DNA from: Octopus vulgaris
Lineage: Eukaryota
Length of the DNA: 64,000 bases
Direction: 5' to 3'
NCBI GenBank assembly: GCA_951406725.2
Contig: OX597826.1
Span: 47,182,001 to 47,246,000, forward strand
In this document: in pieces, positions 25,162 through 39,760 of the stretch
Layout of the letters: the number at the start of each line of letters is the position of its first letter
Position numbering within the stretch: the first letter of the stretch is position 1
Notes under the pieces: generated by a model
Database searches by the model: none
The model's input: the letters and a program-made list of their open reading frames with translations, nothing else
What the model was told of the DNA's origin: nothing
Program-made: the position numbers and the translations under genes

Positions 25162-26454
25162 CATACCTACATGCATACATATCTAGGTATATATATTAAA
25201 AAAAGACAGATATTATATGTATATAAATATGTCTCTATATATGTGTGTATGTATGTGTGCATGTGTGTGCATGCGTGTGTGTGCATACACGTGTGTGCAT
25301 GTGTATGCGAGTGCGTGTGTGTACGTGTGTGTAATAGAGAAAACCAGCCTGAAAAAAATGACACTTCTGACATTGCAGGTCAATATAACAGTCAGTTATA
25401 ATTTGGATCAGCAATATGGCAGCTGTTCTCTTTCAAAATCAATAACAAAGGAAACTACAAACAACTAAAGCAATAACGATGATGACATCAAAAACAACAA
25501 CAACAACAGCGATATCTAGTAGTGCAACAATAGAGGGTGTAAAAGTTAACGCCATTTTCTTTAGAATAAGCAGTAAGAGAAAATGTTTCTTAAGAATATT
25601 TCTACGAAGTTGACACGGACAGCAGTGGCAGTGGTGATGGTGATGGCGATGATGGTGGTAGTGGTGCCACTGGTGGTGACGCCGATGACAATGTCAATGA
25701 TGTTGATTATGATGATGATAATTTGGAAGATAATAATGTTATATTTGCATTTGGTTAGATCAAAGATGAGCTTTAGTTGAACTGTATTTTATTTAAATGT
25801 ATTCCAGCCGTAACCATCTCACTTAGACATCGTAGTTTATCAGACGTCATTCTTCATCGTATCATGATCTTTTTTTTTCACGGCGGCGACGCAATGGGTT
25901 TTGAGGGACGATTTGGCTACTATACGGCTAGCTTCGCATGATAGTAGAACAGAAGATAAGGCTGATACTGATTCGAAGAAGAAATAGAAGCAAAAGTGTG
26001 AGCATGCATAGAGGTAGGAGCAGGAATGGAAAAACGATGGTGAAAGAGAGATTTTTATGACACTGTCCATAGAGATTAAAAAGCTTAGTCGCCACTCGCA
26101 AGCGAATAATGTTTAATAACATATAACACGCTCTTACTAATTGTTTTCGATGACCATGTAGTTGTGAAAAGAACTAAAAATCCTGTCAGTTCTTTGACCC
26201 TCGAGCCTGCAGGAAGCAGATGTAACAGCTGTAGATACAGAAAGCTATATAAATTATTCCTGATACTCATTTTCAGCTTAGTAAGCCGAAGCAGCGTGCA
26301 ATAATATATTTTACTAATGGACATTAAAACCCAAGATCAACAACCCAAACCATTAAACGCAAAGACACTTGCTTTCACATTCATGGCTATAGTAGAGAGT
26401 AGAATTGCAGTGATTATGTTAGTTACGGTCACTATCATTGTTCCCATTGCTGTT

Positions 26455-26958
26455 GCAGTTTGAGTTGTGATGACATGCATAAGATCTGGTCATCAAATCT
26501 AAGTAGAGACTTCAAACTTGAAATATTCAAAGCCACAGTCGAACCAATTCTACTATATGGCTCAGAAACCTGGACGTTATCAAAGAAGCTTGAGAGGCGG
26601 TTGGATGGAACCTACACTCGCCGCCTTATGAGAGCTCAAAATCTCTCGTGGAAGCGCCATCCAACCAAAATGCAAATATATGGGAAACTACCACCTGTGT
26701 CATCTCTTGCGAAAGGTAGGAGAGTCCAGTTTGCTGGACATTGTTGTAGAGCTGAAAAAGAAGTAATTTCTACTCTTCTCCTCTGGAAGCCATCTACTCG
26801 CAATACCAGAGAGCGCACACTCTCCTACCCTGATGTGATCTCCAGGGATACAGGCATCCAGCAACAGGACCTCCGTAATGCCATGACGGACCGTGAAGTC
26901 TGGCGTAGCATGGTAAATTCCATTGTCTCGACCACGGTCGAACAATGATGATGATGAT
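26455..26958 (+). mobile_element. RTE-clade LINE 3' end
   Basis: ORF 26460-26948 KLEIFKATVEPILLYGSETWTL..LERRLDG..QFAGHCCR..DREVWR, followed by a (TGA)n tail. Confidence 0.9.
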
Positions 26959-27447
26959 GTGATGCCTGGAGTATCGGTCATATTGTCAGGCTAATAGGTG
27001 TTGGTGGTTGTACTGGTTTGAGATATTGTTGTGAGAGTTGTTGTGGTTGGATATAGTGCTGTTTGTAGTTGTGATTAAATTAGCTTTGACCGTAGCTGTA
27101 AATTTTGTAGAAATTTTTCTTGTGGTTGTTGCTGCTGATTTCATATTGATTTTTGTCACGTTGACTGTAATTGTGGTTGCAGTGATAGTAGCTCTTGGAG
27201 TGGGAGATGTTGCCAGTGTCGGAGGTGCTGTTAGTTGTAACGACAGCTATGGCAGCCCCGAAGACGATAACGATAACGATGAAAGTGCAGAGGAGGAGGA
27301 AGAAGAGGACGACGACGACAACAACGATGACGATGATGAGGACGACAATGATGATGATGCTCATGATAATGATGATGATGAAAGGTAGGAAGGGAAAAGC
27401 AGGAGGAAGATGTTGATGATGATCATGCCGCCGACGACAACGATTAC

Positions 27448-27486
<39 letters not shown>

Positions 27487-28104
27487 CATTATCATCATCA
27501 TCATCATGAGCATGATTTTGGATGTTTGCCTGATGAGTATTCGAAATGTTGTTATTGTAGTGGCTGTTAATGGAAGTGGTGGTGGTGGTGGCAATTTTAG
27601 TGTTATTGTTTAAGTGTGTAAGTTGTGAAATTGATGCCCCATCATGGCCCCATCATGGCCCCAGCATGGCCCCAGCTGGCCATGAGCTGAAACTAGATAA
27701 AATAAAAAAATAAAAATAGATAAAATAAATCATGATCATGATCGTGATGTTGGTGGGGGGATGGAGACGGCGTGATGGTGATGGTGACAGTGATGCCAGC
27801 TATAATTTCAAAATGGCCGAAACACATTAGGAATTCATTTCATAATAAATATATCAAATTAAGAAAAAGGGGTGAAGGGCCGAGAGGTGAAGGGATAGAA
27901 GGATGGTGGTAGTGGTTGGGTTATTCAGTGAAGGGAAAAAATCTATGAACGGACGGAAGGAATATAATAAATTGTGAGGGTTAGTGAGGGCCTGATGTTA
28001 AATATGTCAATAAAATATATGCTCGCTTGTTAGATAAGAATGAAGAATGTGTGTGTGTGTGTGTGTGTGTGTGTTTGTGTATGTGTGTGTGTGTGTGTGT
28101 GTTT

Positions 28105-28136
<32 letters not shown>

Positions 28137-28241
28137 TTGTGTGAGTGTAGACAAAGATCACTGGGAAACAAGAAACAAAAAAAAAACAAAAGACCAAAAA
28201 AGTAAAGGACCATAGCAAATGGTTTTATATATGTGTATGAG

Positions 28242-28281
<40 letters not shown>

Positions 28282-28284
28282 CGC

Positions 28285-28318
<34 letters not shown>

Positions 28319-28424
28319 CAATTATGTGGCTATATATATATGCATATTCATGCGTGTATATATACATATAACATACCTATAGATACATATATGCATATGC
28401 ATATATATATGCATATGTGTGTAC

Positions 28425-28458
<34 letters not shown>

Positions 28459-29035
28459 AGAGAGAGAGGGGGTGAGAAAGGGTTTATGTATGTATGCGTG
28501 TGAAAAGAGGTGGAAACAAAGTGAGACACGGGGTAAAAAAAAAAAAGCGTGTCTGTGTATGTATGTTGCGAGTTTGCAATGAAAGCCTGAATGAGATATT
28601 TCTATATGTCAGTGACCCTCAGACAACGGGTGGTTGGTGCCACAGATGCCAAAACCACTTTGTTTGTTCCTTGTTGATAGAGACAGGACGAATAAAAATG
28701 ATCAGAAAGACAAAACGAGAGAGGGAACCAGACGAAGAAAGAGAGAGAGAGAGAGAGAAAGGGAGATAGGGAGAGAGTCGAAGCAGACTGGTTGTTTGGC
28801 GGAAGTAAGGCACACAAAAAAAAATGGGGAAGGTGAGTGTTGCGACAAGATAGCAAACTACTTGTGTCTTAAGAGAATAACAGACTTTTCTGACATCTCG
28901 AGAATATAAATAATAACTCCAACCACACCTCTTTTGGTATGACATATGGTGATGGCCACTGTGACAAATAACAGTAGAAATCCCACCCGATAAACTAATG
29001 AAACATTCATGCACCCGTATATACATATATATACC

Positions 29036-29090
<55 letters not shown>

Positions 29091-29140
29091 TGTGTTTGTG
29101 CGTGTGCGTATGTGTAAACATATATATATATGTATATATT

Positions 29141-29202
<62 letters not shown>

Positions 29203-29691
29203 CAATCGCGATAGACATCTACATACTATGCACCCACACACGAGTACATCAATACCCACAGAGACGCCTGTGTCTGTATACATAAAACGCCACCGTTGAC
29301 ATACTGTGTGCCGATAATGCTTGACATTAATGTTAGTTGAATATTGTTGCTTCTCAATCATTGCTCAATTCAAGTCTGCATTACTACGTGCCAAGAATGG
29401 CCCGCGTGAATGAGCCCACTCTAAGTGTGCGCCTGTAGGCCAGAAAGAAAAGGAGAAGAAAGGGTGCCTTCTTGAGGAGCCTTTGGTGTTAAGGGGTCCA
29501 AGTGCATGAGGTTTCTTTGGTGACCTTACAGTGGAACTCTCCATTTTATTGGGGAAGCATATTGTTGATTTAATCTCTTTGTTAATCGTTGTTTGTTGGT
29601 GTTTACACGTTTAACAACACTTCCCTCGTCTGTGATCGTCCTCTATGATTTGTATTCGGCCCTGGTGGCCAATAAAGAAAGATTTGTTACA

Positions 29692-29767
<76 letters not shown>

Positions 29768-30141
29768 TTATTATTATTATTATTATTATCATTTCACTGG
29801 TATCTTGACGTTGACTATGGAAGGGCATAGGGACTAAATAAAACTCTCACTTAAAGCAACAGTTCCCAATAAACATAGATAAACATCCCAAATTAACGAG
29901 ATTAAAGTAAAGCCAATGAATACACTCCTATGTCGGCGCTTCATATGTTAGAAAGAGCAGCCTATTTTAAATTAAGAAGTACACTTTCGGTTTGGATAAT
30001 TTTAAGCAGCAGCAAAATAGTCCAAAATAGCTACTACGATAATGATGAGGAAGGGGGGGAGAATGCAGATGTTGATGATGGATACGGTGAAAATAAAGAT
30101 GATGATGATGATGACGCCGACGACGACGAGGGTACGACAAC

Positions 30142-30173
<32 letters not shown>

Positions 30174-30548
30174 CTGAGGAGGAGGAGGAAAAGGAGGGGA
30201 AGAAGGACAGGAAAAAGAAGCGAAGGAACAACGGGAGGAAAAAGAAGTGGAGGAGAAATGGAAGGTAAGAAAAGAGGAGGAAGTGGAAGGAGAAGAGAAG
30301 AAAGAATAGGAGGAGAGAGAAAAAATATCGAAGAGAAAGGAGAGGAAGAGGAAGAGGAAAATGAAGATCATGATCATGAGAAACATGATGATAATGGTGG
30401 TTGTGGGAATAATGAGGAATATGACGACGACGACGATGATTATAATGATGATGACAACGACGACAAAGACGAAGATGATGGTGACGACATATGTAGTTTT
30501 TCATGTATAATACTGACAAAGGGTATTATAAACGGTATATGCATGTAA

Positions 30549-30770
30549 GGTGGCGAGCTGGCAGAGGGGTTAGCACGCCGGGCGAAATGCTTAGCGGTAT
30601 TTCGCCTGCCGCAACGTTCTGAGTTCAAATTCCACCGAGGTCGACTTTACCTTTCATTATTTCGGGGTCGATTAAATAAGTACCACTTACGCACTGGGGT
30701 CGATGTAATCGATTTAATCCGTTTGTTTGTCCTCTCTGTGTTTAGCCCCTTGTGGGTAGTAAAGAAATAG
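30549..30770 (+). mobile_element. SINE family B monomer
   Basis: Full head to GTAAAGAAATA tail; imperfect TSD TATATGCATGTAAGG / TATATACATGTTAGG. Confidence 0.92.
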
Positions 30771-31124
30771 ATATATACATGTTAGGGATGTGTAGCAACA
30801 AAAGAAAGCAAGCAGCTAGTGTGCTCATCTTGAATATGAGATATTTAGAAATTTAATTTCTGAGTAGTTTAATCGTTCTCAATTTATAACGTAGTATCTC
30901 ATAAAAAGAAGACACGGTAGTGAATAATTTTAAATATAATGAAAACAGTGTCACTATCGGAATGTCTTCGATTATAACCCTGTTCATTCAGAACTGGCCT
31001 TGTGCTAAACAATAAAAAGAACAATCAGGTTTTGGATTAACAAATCGTCCCCTACTAAAGTCATTATGTACAAACGTATATCTGAATATCCCAAACACTC
31101 CAAAATAAAGTGAGAACATGTGGC

Positions 31125-31287
31125 CATGTACATTATTTACATTATTTACATTATTTACATTTGACGGATATTTGTCCTCATCTTGTTTGTTGTTAACACA
31201 ACGTTTCGGCTGATATACCCTCCAGTCTTCACCAGGTATCTTGGGGAGATTTCGAACCTGGGTTCTCATTCCTTAGGTATTTCTCGA

Positions 31288-31290
<3 letters not shown>
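31125..31290 (-). mobile_element. PLE-pLTR-like element with minimal hammerhead (31196-31239)
   Basis: Reverse complement reads ATAC-CTGGTGA-A-GACTGG(agggtata)TCAGCC-GAAACGTT^GTGT; tail (AATGTAAAT)n; abuts (ATT)n. Confidence 0.7.
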
Positions 31291-31372
<82 letters not shown>

Positions 31373-31465
31373 GTTATTGTTGTTGTTGTTATTGTTGTTG
31401 ATGTTGTTATTATTGTTGTTGCTGTTGTTGCTGTTGCTGCTATTATTCAGGCGAGTGCTCTTATG

Positions 31466-31551
<86 letters not shown>

Positions 31552-31629
31552 CATTCTCTTTATTATTATTATTTTGGTTTGTCTCAGGTTCGATCTTATT
31601 CCTGGTAGGGATTATGTGGGTAGCAGGTT

Positions 31630-32370
31630 ACTACCTGTAACCTTTGTCGTAATACTCTTCCGCTAGGTGCGCTCCTGATCCAGCATTCAATAACCGTTCG
31701 ACTTGCCTCCTTATCCCACCTTCTCTGTCTCTGACAGTATACAAGCAGTCTCTGGATGACTAATGAGCCGCACTGCTCAGCCACAGGGCACCTGCCGGTT
31801 GAAAGGCTTCATCTTTGTTTCTAGCATCATTAACACCATTATCTTATACATCTGTATTAGACATTTTCACTCAACATGAGGTTTGTGTCTTAAGATTAGC
31901 CACCAACCCGTATTTTTATCGAGACACCATCTCTAGTAAGATTGTCAACCATGACTGCAGAGCTCTTACTACCCATAAGTTGGGCCTGTTCTCATCGCAT
32001 TTTTGTATGTTGGGAACCATGCTCATGGCTCTCACTAGGGGATAGGTGAACGTCAGTTGGTCCCATATCTTCATCCAAATATTGCTCCGGATTTAAGTCC
32101 CGATTCCCGGTTCATTTACCATCATCATAGGCATGGAGCCGTTGAATACTGGCAGGTTGTCGTCACTATGACTAAGGAGTCCTACCTACCCCAGTTTTAA
32201 ATCAGGGTATTCCTTCTCCTAGACAGACTGTTTTCCGAATGGCCATTGTCTCTTCTGAGTTTGCCGGGTTTTGCTTTAAATCCTACTGTGTGTCGAAAAT
32301 CCACCCTCCCCACCAAGCAAGCTCAATGGGGTTACCAGTTTAATCGCCGACGACTCGGTGGATTTTAATG
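31630..32370 (-). mobile_element. Probable LINE 5' region (RTE- or R4-like), degenerate
   Basis: Minus-strand GTCTAGGAGAAGGAATACCCTGATTTAAAAC resembles RTE-type 5' UTRs; shares TTCATCCAAATATTGCTCCG.ATTTAAGTC with 18902-18931. Confidence 0.4.
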
Positions 32371-33088
32371 TTTGTGAGGAGCGTCGACAAGTTAGAACTA
32401 GTATGCTTAATATATAGAAATTTATGAACGACATCTCAATGTTTAAAAACAGAAAAAACCACATCGTATTCACGATAAAGGAATCTATCAATAGAAAAAT
32501 CACATCGTTGTTAAGATATAAAAATCTATTAACATCTCAAAGTTTTAGCAAACATAGAAGGTAAAAGAAAAATTCAGACACTATTGGGAAGAGCTGTTAA
32601 ATGGCGATCCTGTCGTGTGAATGCTTACAACAACACTGAAAAGTCAATGGAAGAGGAAAGAGAGAGAGAAAGTGAGAGAGAGATAGAGAAGTAGGGACGA
32701 AGAGGAAGCAGGCGGGTAAGCTTGCCAAAATTGCAGCATGGGGACGAATTTATGTATAGAAATTTAGGTTGGTGGGGTGAGGACCTAGCATACCTAAGAT
32801 ATAAAAATTTATGAAACTTTTGCGAGAAACGTCCAGAAGCTGGAACTAGCATGGCTAAGATATTGAAATTAATGAAGAACATCTCAAAGTTTTCAAAAAA
32901 ATCTATTGTAATCTATCTATAAAAAAACTAAATAGTAATTGCGATAAACGAAAATCTATGAAAAATCTATCCATGAAAAATTATTATTATTATTATTATT
33001 ATTAATGTTGTTGTTGTTGTTGTTTTTTTCAACATTTGGTAGTTTCAAACAAATTTCTACCGCATGACCTGCTACAACTCCGTGTTGC

Positions 33089-33415
<327 letters not shown>

Positions 33416-34208
33416 ATGAACTTAATCAGATTTGTCGCTGTTTTTACGATACATTTGTGACCTAGATCCCGGGCCTATCAAATTGAATATGCAAGCAAAT
33501 TCTTATGAAGCAACATCAAACTTTTAATCCCTTTAATAATTAATGATTACATACAATTAGATAATACAAATGTTACATTCATCCTTATTACTCAAGTCAT
33601 TTAACAGATCAACTTATAATACATTATTAATTAGTTGTTAGTACACTTTTGCTCCTCTGCTTTACAAGAACATGTCAGCTCCGTTCACATCAAAGTTCAG
33701 CTATGGCCCTGGCCTCTGCATATACAATAGTTCGACGTTTGACTTGTTCTGTAGTAGAGAACAGAAATATCTCTTCTCTTCTTGGTAAAATTACAAAATA
33801 TTAGGACGATAAGAACAGACCTAGAACTTCTTCTTTCTTGTTCATGACCATGACTAATGTATAGTAAATAAAAATTAAAAAAAGATAAAAGGAACATGAC
33901 ATGACGAAACAAAACAAATAATAACAATAAATAATAACAAATAACAAAAAAAAAAGAAAGAAAGAAATTCCGAACGCTCTTATTCTTCAATATGAGAATA
34001 AGAATGAGAATGAAGACGGAACGAAATCACGCAACGAGCGTGTGAATAGAAACTGATTTCAACATTGCATGATAACTGTTCGAGAATAAAAGCGCTCAGT
34101 CGCAATGTAAGGGATGGGAGATAGCAGAGAGCGGGATAAACACGCACACACTGTACACTTATACATATAAAGCTGAATGTGAGTGCTGTTGTGTATGTGT
34201 ATATATAA

Positions 34209-34260
<52 letters not shown>

Positions 34261-34570
34261 TCGTAGATGTTTTGTAATTGCTCCACATATGAATATATTC
34301 GTAGGCACATGCAAGAATATTAACTTCTCGACTGAAATAGCACGTATACCTCCTCAAATATACGCGACACTTATGCACATGAATATATGCAAACACATAC
34401 AAACACACGCAGAAAAACACACACACACACACACACACACACGTACATAAACATACGTGTGTAAAATGTACAATTGTATTCATATACAATCACGCATAAA
34501 AAACAACATGTATACATTCAAACAATATGCGCATTATTATACGCACGCTCACATATAAACGTATATATAC

Positions 34571-34603
<33 letters not shown>

Positions 34604-34655
34604 CGTGTGTGTGTATATATTTATATGCTTGCATATATATAGGTATGCAGCATAA

Positions 34656-34728
<73 letters not shown>

Positions 34729-34729
34729 T

Positions 34730-34820
<91 letters not shown>

Positions 34821-35625
34821 TATAGAGAGATACATATATATATTATTTCTATACTCAGAGATACATGCATAGATCCATATGCATACAAGCACATACACAC
34901 ACAAACATATGTAGTACATACCCGTTAATACATAGATGCATACATACATGCATACATGCACACATAGATATTGCCTAGGAATGGACTTAAGGATGCGTAT
35001 ATACAGAGAAAATATATCAACTTCGACAGATATCGATACCATTTCATACAAATATAAATATATGATGACCATTATATATACGTTCAAACACTCATACATA
35101 CATATACATACATACATACATACATACATACATACATACACTCATACATTTATAGACACAGTTGTGCAAGTGTGTGTCTCTGTGTGTGAATGCATGTGTG
35201 TATGTGTGACTGTGTTAGTGTGACAGGTTTTGTGTGCATGAAGAAGTGCATGTCTATACGCTTTATATATATATATATATATATATATTTGTATTTATAT
35301 ATGTATGTATATATATTTATACTTAGATATGTACATGTATATATATGTATATGTGTGTGTACATATATATATATACATACTCATGCGTGTGCTTGTGTAT
35401 ATGCATAAAAGTATGTGCGTATGTATATATGTATATTATCTACCCCAAAACCCTAAGGGATGTCAAAGACAGGTTAGACATCATTGTGGGCAACATAATT
35501 GTTCGTATATAACTGTATGAATATGGTATGCATGTGTTTATACACTCACACACACACACACACACACATATTCATGTGTATTTGTGCGTGATTTGTGACT
35601 GTCTCTGCCTGTCTGTGTGTGTGTG

Positions 35626-35733
<108 letters not shown>

Positions 35734-36006
35734 ATGGTTTTTTTCGCGCCAACCAATGGAAACCCCCTTTGATGTTTATTGTTATCTGCTCGCTTATATA
35801 TTAAGTGTTATCTCAGGCATTATCTATTGAATTTACAATATTTTTTTTTCTGGCTCTTCCACCAAACGTTGCCTCTATTCCAGTGAAAAGGGGAGACTAG
35901 ACAGTTGATAAAAGATCAACATATTGAACATATCTTCAGATCAGACAGGGACAACTAAAACAACAATTGCTATAATAGAAGTCGCCTCTATATGTATGTA
36001 TGCATG

Positions 36007-36165
<159 letters not shown>

Positions 36166-37379
36166 GGGATTTCAACGATCGAATGAACAAACAGGTGACT
36201 CAACTCCAGCGAAGGAATTTTTTTATTTGTTTTATTTATTTATATATATTTTGTTTTTTTTATTTTCATTTTATTGCCCCACTTAACTATCGGAGATTAC
36301 AACTCGACTTCCCTACCTCCACCACCACCACCACACCACCACCACCACCACCACCACCACCACCACCACCACCACCACCACCACCACCACCTCCACCACT
36401 ATCACCACCCCCACCACCACCTCCCCTGCTCCCGACACACAACCATGCGCTTTGGAATCGGTGGTAGAATTTAAGGGGTCGAATTGAATCAAGTGGTTTA
36501 GATTAAAAGAAACTGTGGCTTTGCTCCCCAAAAAGCAATGTTCACATTCTCTTACGCACGCTGGTGCGCGATCCAAGCATGGAATCACGCTTGGAGGAAG
36601 ACACCCATATACATTCTTGGACCTATAGAGGCACACAAACACAGCGAAGTACAAGGTGACAAGCATACACATACACGCATAAGCACGTGCGCTCACACAC
36701 ACGCACACATACACACATACACACACTTCTATATATAAATATATCAATATACGTATATTTTGCTTTTGTGTTTTATCTTTTATCATTTGCTCCTTCAGTG
36801 CGGCGCTGTGGCACTGCGTCGAGCGGTTTTTTCCTTCCATAAATTGACGTGTACTTTTTTCCGTTGATTTCTTTTCCCGGACAGCTAGGTTATATCCAAA
36901 TTCCGAATATACGCACAAGGCACTGCGTCGAAAGGGTTTATTCCATGAATCGACTGGTGCCTTTTTTTTCTGTTAATGTCTTTTGCCAAACATCTAGGTT
37001 ACAGGGATGTAAACAAACCAACACTGATTCTCAAGTAATGTGGGTTAAACACACTCAAACACACAGGAACACGCACACAATCACGCGCACACACACTAAT
37101 GCACAGATTAGGCTTTCACACAGTTTCGTTGCCATCGTTTCTATAGACGACATCTCGATGGCAGAGCCAGTTGAACTGATATGCCATCTCTTATTAAGTA
37201 TTAATTCATCAACCAATCGTTTGCTCCAGTTACGACGCCTGCTGGATGGACATCTTTTAGTTCGCAGATGCTTACGATAATAACATAACTGATTATAAAA
37301 GAGAACTCTGATTACGCAAGCACATGTGAATAAAACGGGCTACTTGAGAAATGAATGGGGACCCTAGCGAATTATATGT

Positions 37380-37611
37380 ATTTCTTTATTGCCCACAAGG
37401 GGCTACACATAGAGGGGACAAACAAGGACAGACAAAGGGATTAAGTCGGTTACATCGACCCCAGTGCGTAACTGGTACTTAATTTATCGACCCCGAAAGG
37501 ATGAAAGGCAAAGTCGACCTTGGCGGAATTTGAACCCAGAACGTAACGGCAGACGAAATACGGCTACGCATTTCGCCCAGCGTGCTAACGTTTCTGCCAG
37601 CTCGCCGCCTT
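37380..37611 (-). mobile_element. SINE family B monomer with 13-bp TSD
   Basis: GCGAATTATATGT at 37367-37379 and 37612-37624. Confidence 0.95.
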
Positions 37612-37915
37612 GCGAATTATATGTGCGAGTGAATAGTGTCGCTCAGTGCCTCCCTATTCTACTTGCCTATTTTCTTTAGAGCACACCTGTCTTGTGGTAC
37701 ACTCGACCACTAACATTATTATTCCGTGATTACGTAGTTCAATTAACCAAACAATTAGGAAATTCGTTACTCGAAATCTGAAACACGATCAAACGATTTG
37801 TGGATTTGTGCTTATCTATATATGTTTATTCTTTAATTCACTGTAGGTTCAAATGGACACACACACATACACACACATACACACACATATACATATATAT
37901 ATATATATATATGTG

Positions 37916-38298
37916 TGGAAGCAATCCGTCGGTTACGACGACGAGGGTTCCGGTTGATCCGAATCAACGGAACAGCCTGCTCGTGAAATTAACGTGTAAG
38001 TGGCTGAGCACTCCACAGACACGTGTACCCTTAACGTAGTTCTCGGGGATATTCAACGTGACACAGAGAGTGACAAGGCCGGCCCTTTGAAATACAGGTA
38101 CAACAGAAACAGGAAGTAAGAGTGAGAGAAAGTTGTGGTGAAAGAGTACAGCAGGGATCACCACCATCCCCTGCCGGAGCCTCGTGGAGCTTTAGGTGTT
38201 TTCGCTCAATAAACACTCACAACGCCCTGTCTGGGAATCGAAACCGCGATCCTATGACCGCGAGTCCGCTGCCCTAACCACTGGGCTATTGCGCCTCC
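37916..38298 (-). mobile_element. SINE family C, tail type 2
   Basis: Head and body match 9389-9570; different ~190-bp 3' tail. Confidence 0.9.
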
Positions 38299-38309
38299 AC
38301 ATATATATG

Positions 38310-38340
<31 letters not shown>

Positions 38341-38533
38341 AAATTTCCAAACTAGTTAGTATATTTTACTCTTCTCTCAGTAGATTTTCACATCAGTAAA
38401 TCCTTATGTCTCTATAGGGGTGCACACCAAGATGCAAAATTTTGCAGTGTGCACAAAACTGCGGCAGAAAAATATGCAGTTGCAGAAATAGAAAAACGTG
38501 ATTGACAGCAGAATAAGACTGGATATATAAATC

Positions 38534-38574
<41 letters not shown>

Positions 38575-38578
<4 letters not shown>

Positions 38579-38751
38579 GTCCCGGGTTGAGTCGGGGTTA
38601 ACCACAGTAAATAAGGTACTCAATACATAGCAGAGTAAATTAATTTATTTTATAGAAGGAGCTTCTACAGGACTAGAACTGTTTCATTCAAAGAAATCAT
38701 CAGGAAGCTTCCTGATGATTTCTTTTGAATGAAACAGTTCTAGTCCTGTTC

Positions 38752-38755
<4 letters not shown>
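38575..38755 (-). mobile_element. PLE-pLTR-like element with 5' fold-back inversion, in (TA)n
   Basis: 83-bp palindrome 38667-38749 centred on AAGCTT; relative at 21800-21871. Confidence 0.8.
38660..38709 (-). ncRNA. Type I hammerhead ribozyme motif with intact core
   Basis: Reverse complement reads AGCTTC-CTGATGA-tTTC(ttt)GAAt-GAA-ACAG(ttctagtc)CTGT-A^GAAGCT. Confidence 0.8.
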
Positions 38756-38803
<48 letters not shown>

Positions 38804-38898
38804 TAAACCTGTTGTAATATTTACAATTTTTAATAAAATGATTTAGTGCGAAACAATTGTACCAAATTACTGGAGTCATTCTTGTTGCTTATTTTGAT

Positions 38899-38931
<33 letters not shown>

Positions 38932-38936
38932 ATGTA

Positions 38937-39111
38937 TCAGGGTGAATAAAAAGTAAGCAACGTTTTGAAACATGGAATTCATCATAATATATTTCAACAA
39001 TGCGGAAATTTTACTACAATCAACATTACAATCAACCCAATTTTGCCAATGAGTTACAAGTTTGTTTATTCTGGTAACACGAAAAGAGAACCTGGACAAA
39101 TCGCAGCTTCA
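38937..39111 (-). mobile_element. mariner transposase 3' remnant with TIR
   Basis: TRINKLVTHWQNWVDCN resembles the mariner GI.KL..RWQKCVD.NG C-terminus; terminus TA|TCAGGGTGAATAAAAAGTAAG. Confidence 0.75.
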
Positions 39112-39131
39112 CAAAAAAAAAAAAAAAAAAG

Positions 39132-39760
39132 GTGATCGTTTACAAGGCATGCGTACAAATGTCTCTAGCGTACTGTTCTGAAACATGGACAGCTCACCAT
39201 AAGCATCTCAAGCCTGAGCGCTTCATCAAAAATATTTGAGACTTATACTCAAATCAAGTGGTCAAGTAAAACACTTGACAAAGAAGTCAGTCATTCATGA
39301 TATCTAATCAGATATATTAGGCAGGCCATTTGTGCATATTGAAAATATCAAGATTTCAAAGCAGCGGGTCTACAGTGGGCTGTGCACTGGAAAGCGTCCT
39401 CGGTACAAACCACAAAAAATGTACAAATACTTCATAAAAGTCAACTTGATGGAACTGCAAATTTTTGTAAAGAACTGGGGAAGAGCAAGCATTGGAATAG
39501 AGTGGAGGAAGCGTAGAAAGTAATGCTGTAAAACCTCTGAAGAGGGTCGCCTAGAACATGAATACCTAAAGCACTAAATTGAGGACGTAAGGTGTTGGTA
39601 GCTTGAGAGGTGTGTGAGTATGTCAGCCATCTGAAGTCCAATGACAGATCAACTGTATGCAATGTCCTTCCTCCTCGACCTGGTGATTCGAGTGTGTAGC
39701 AGGCGAAATGGCATGTAGGTTGAGTTCGGATTTGACGAGACATATTATTCACAACAGATT
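39132..39760 (+). mobile_element. RTE (BovB-like) LINE C-terminal remnant
   Basis: IVYKACVQMSLAYCSETWT..ERF, then SKQRVYSGLCTGKRPRYKPQKMYKY..KVNL (ORF 39332-39523). Confidence 0.8.

Noticed and set aside
26130-26195. Minus-strand CTGACAG..ATCGAAA hammerhead-like string
   Set aside because: The core is wrong and stems I and III do not pair.
27038-27613. Hydrophobic plus acidic ORF resembling a membrane protein (similar at 29930-30548)
   Set aside because: Built from degenerate GTT/GAT/GAG repeats that are open in several frames on both strands.
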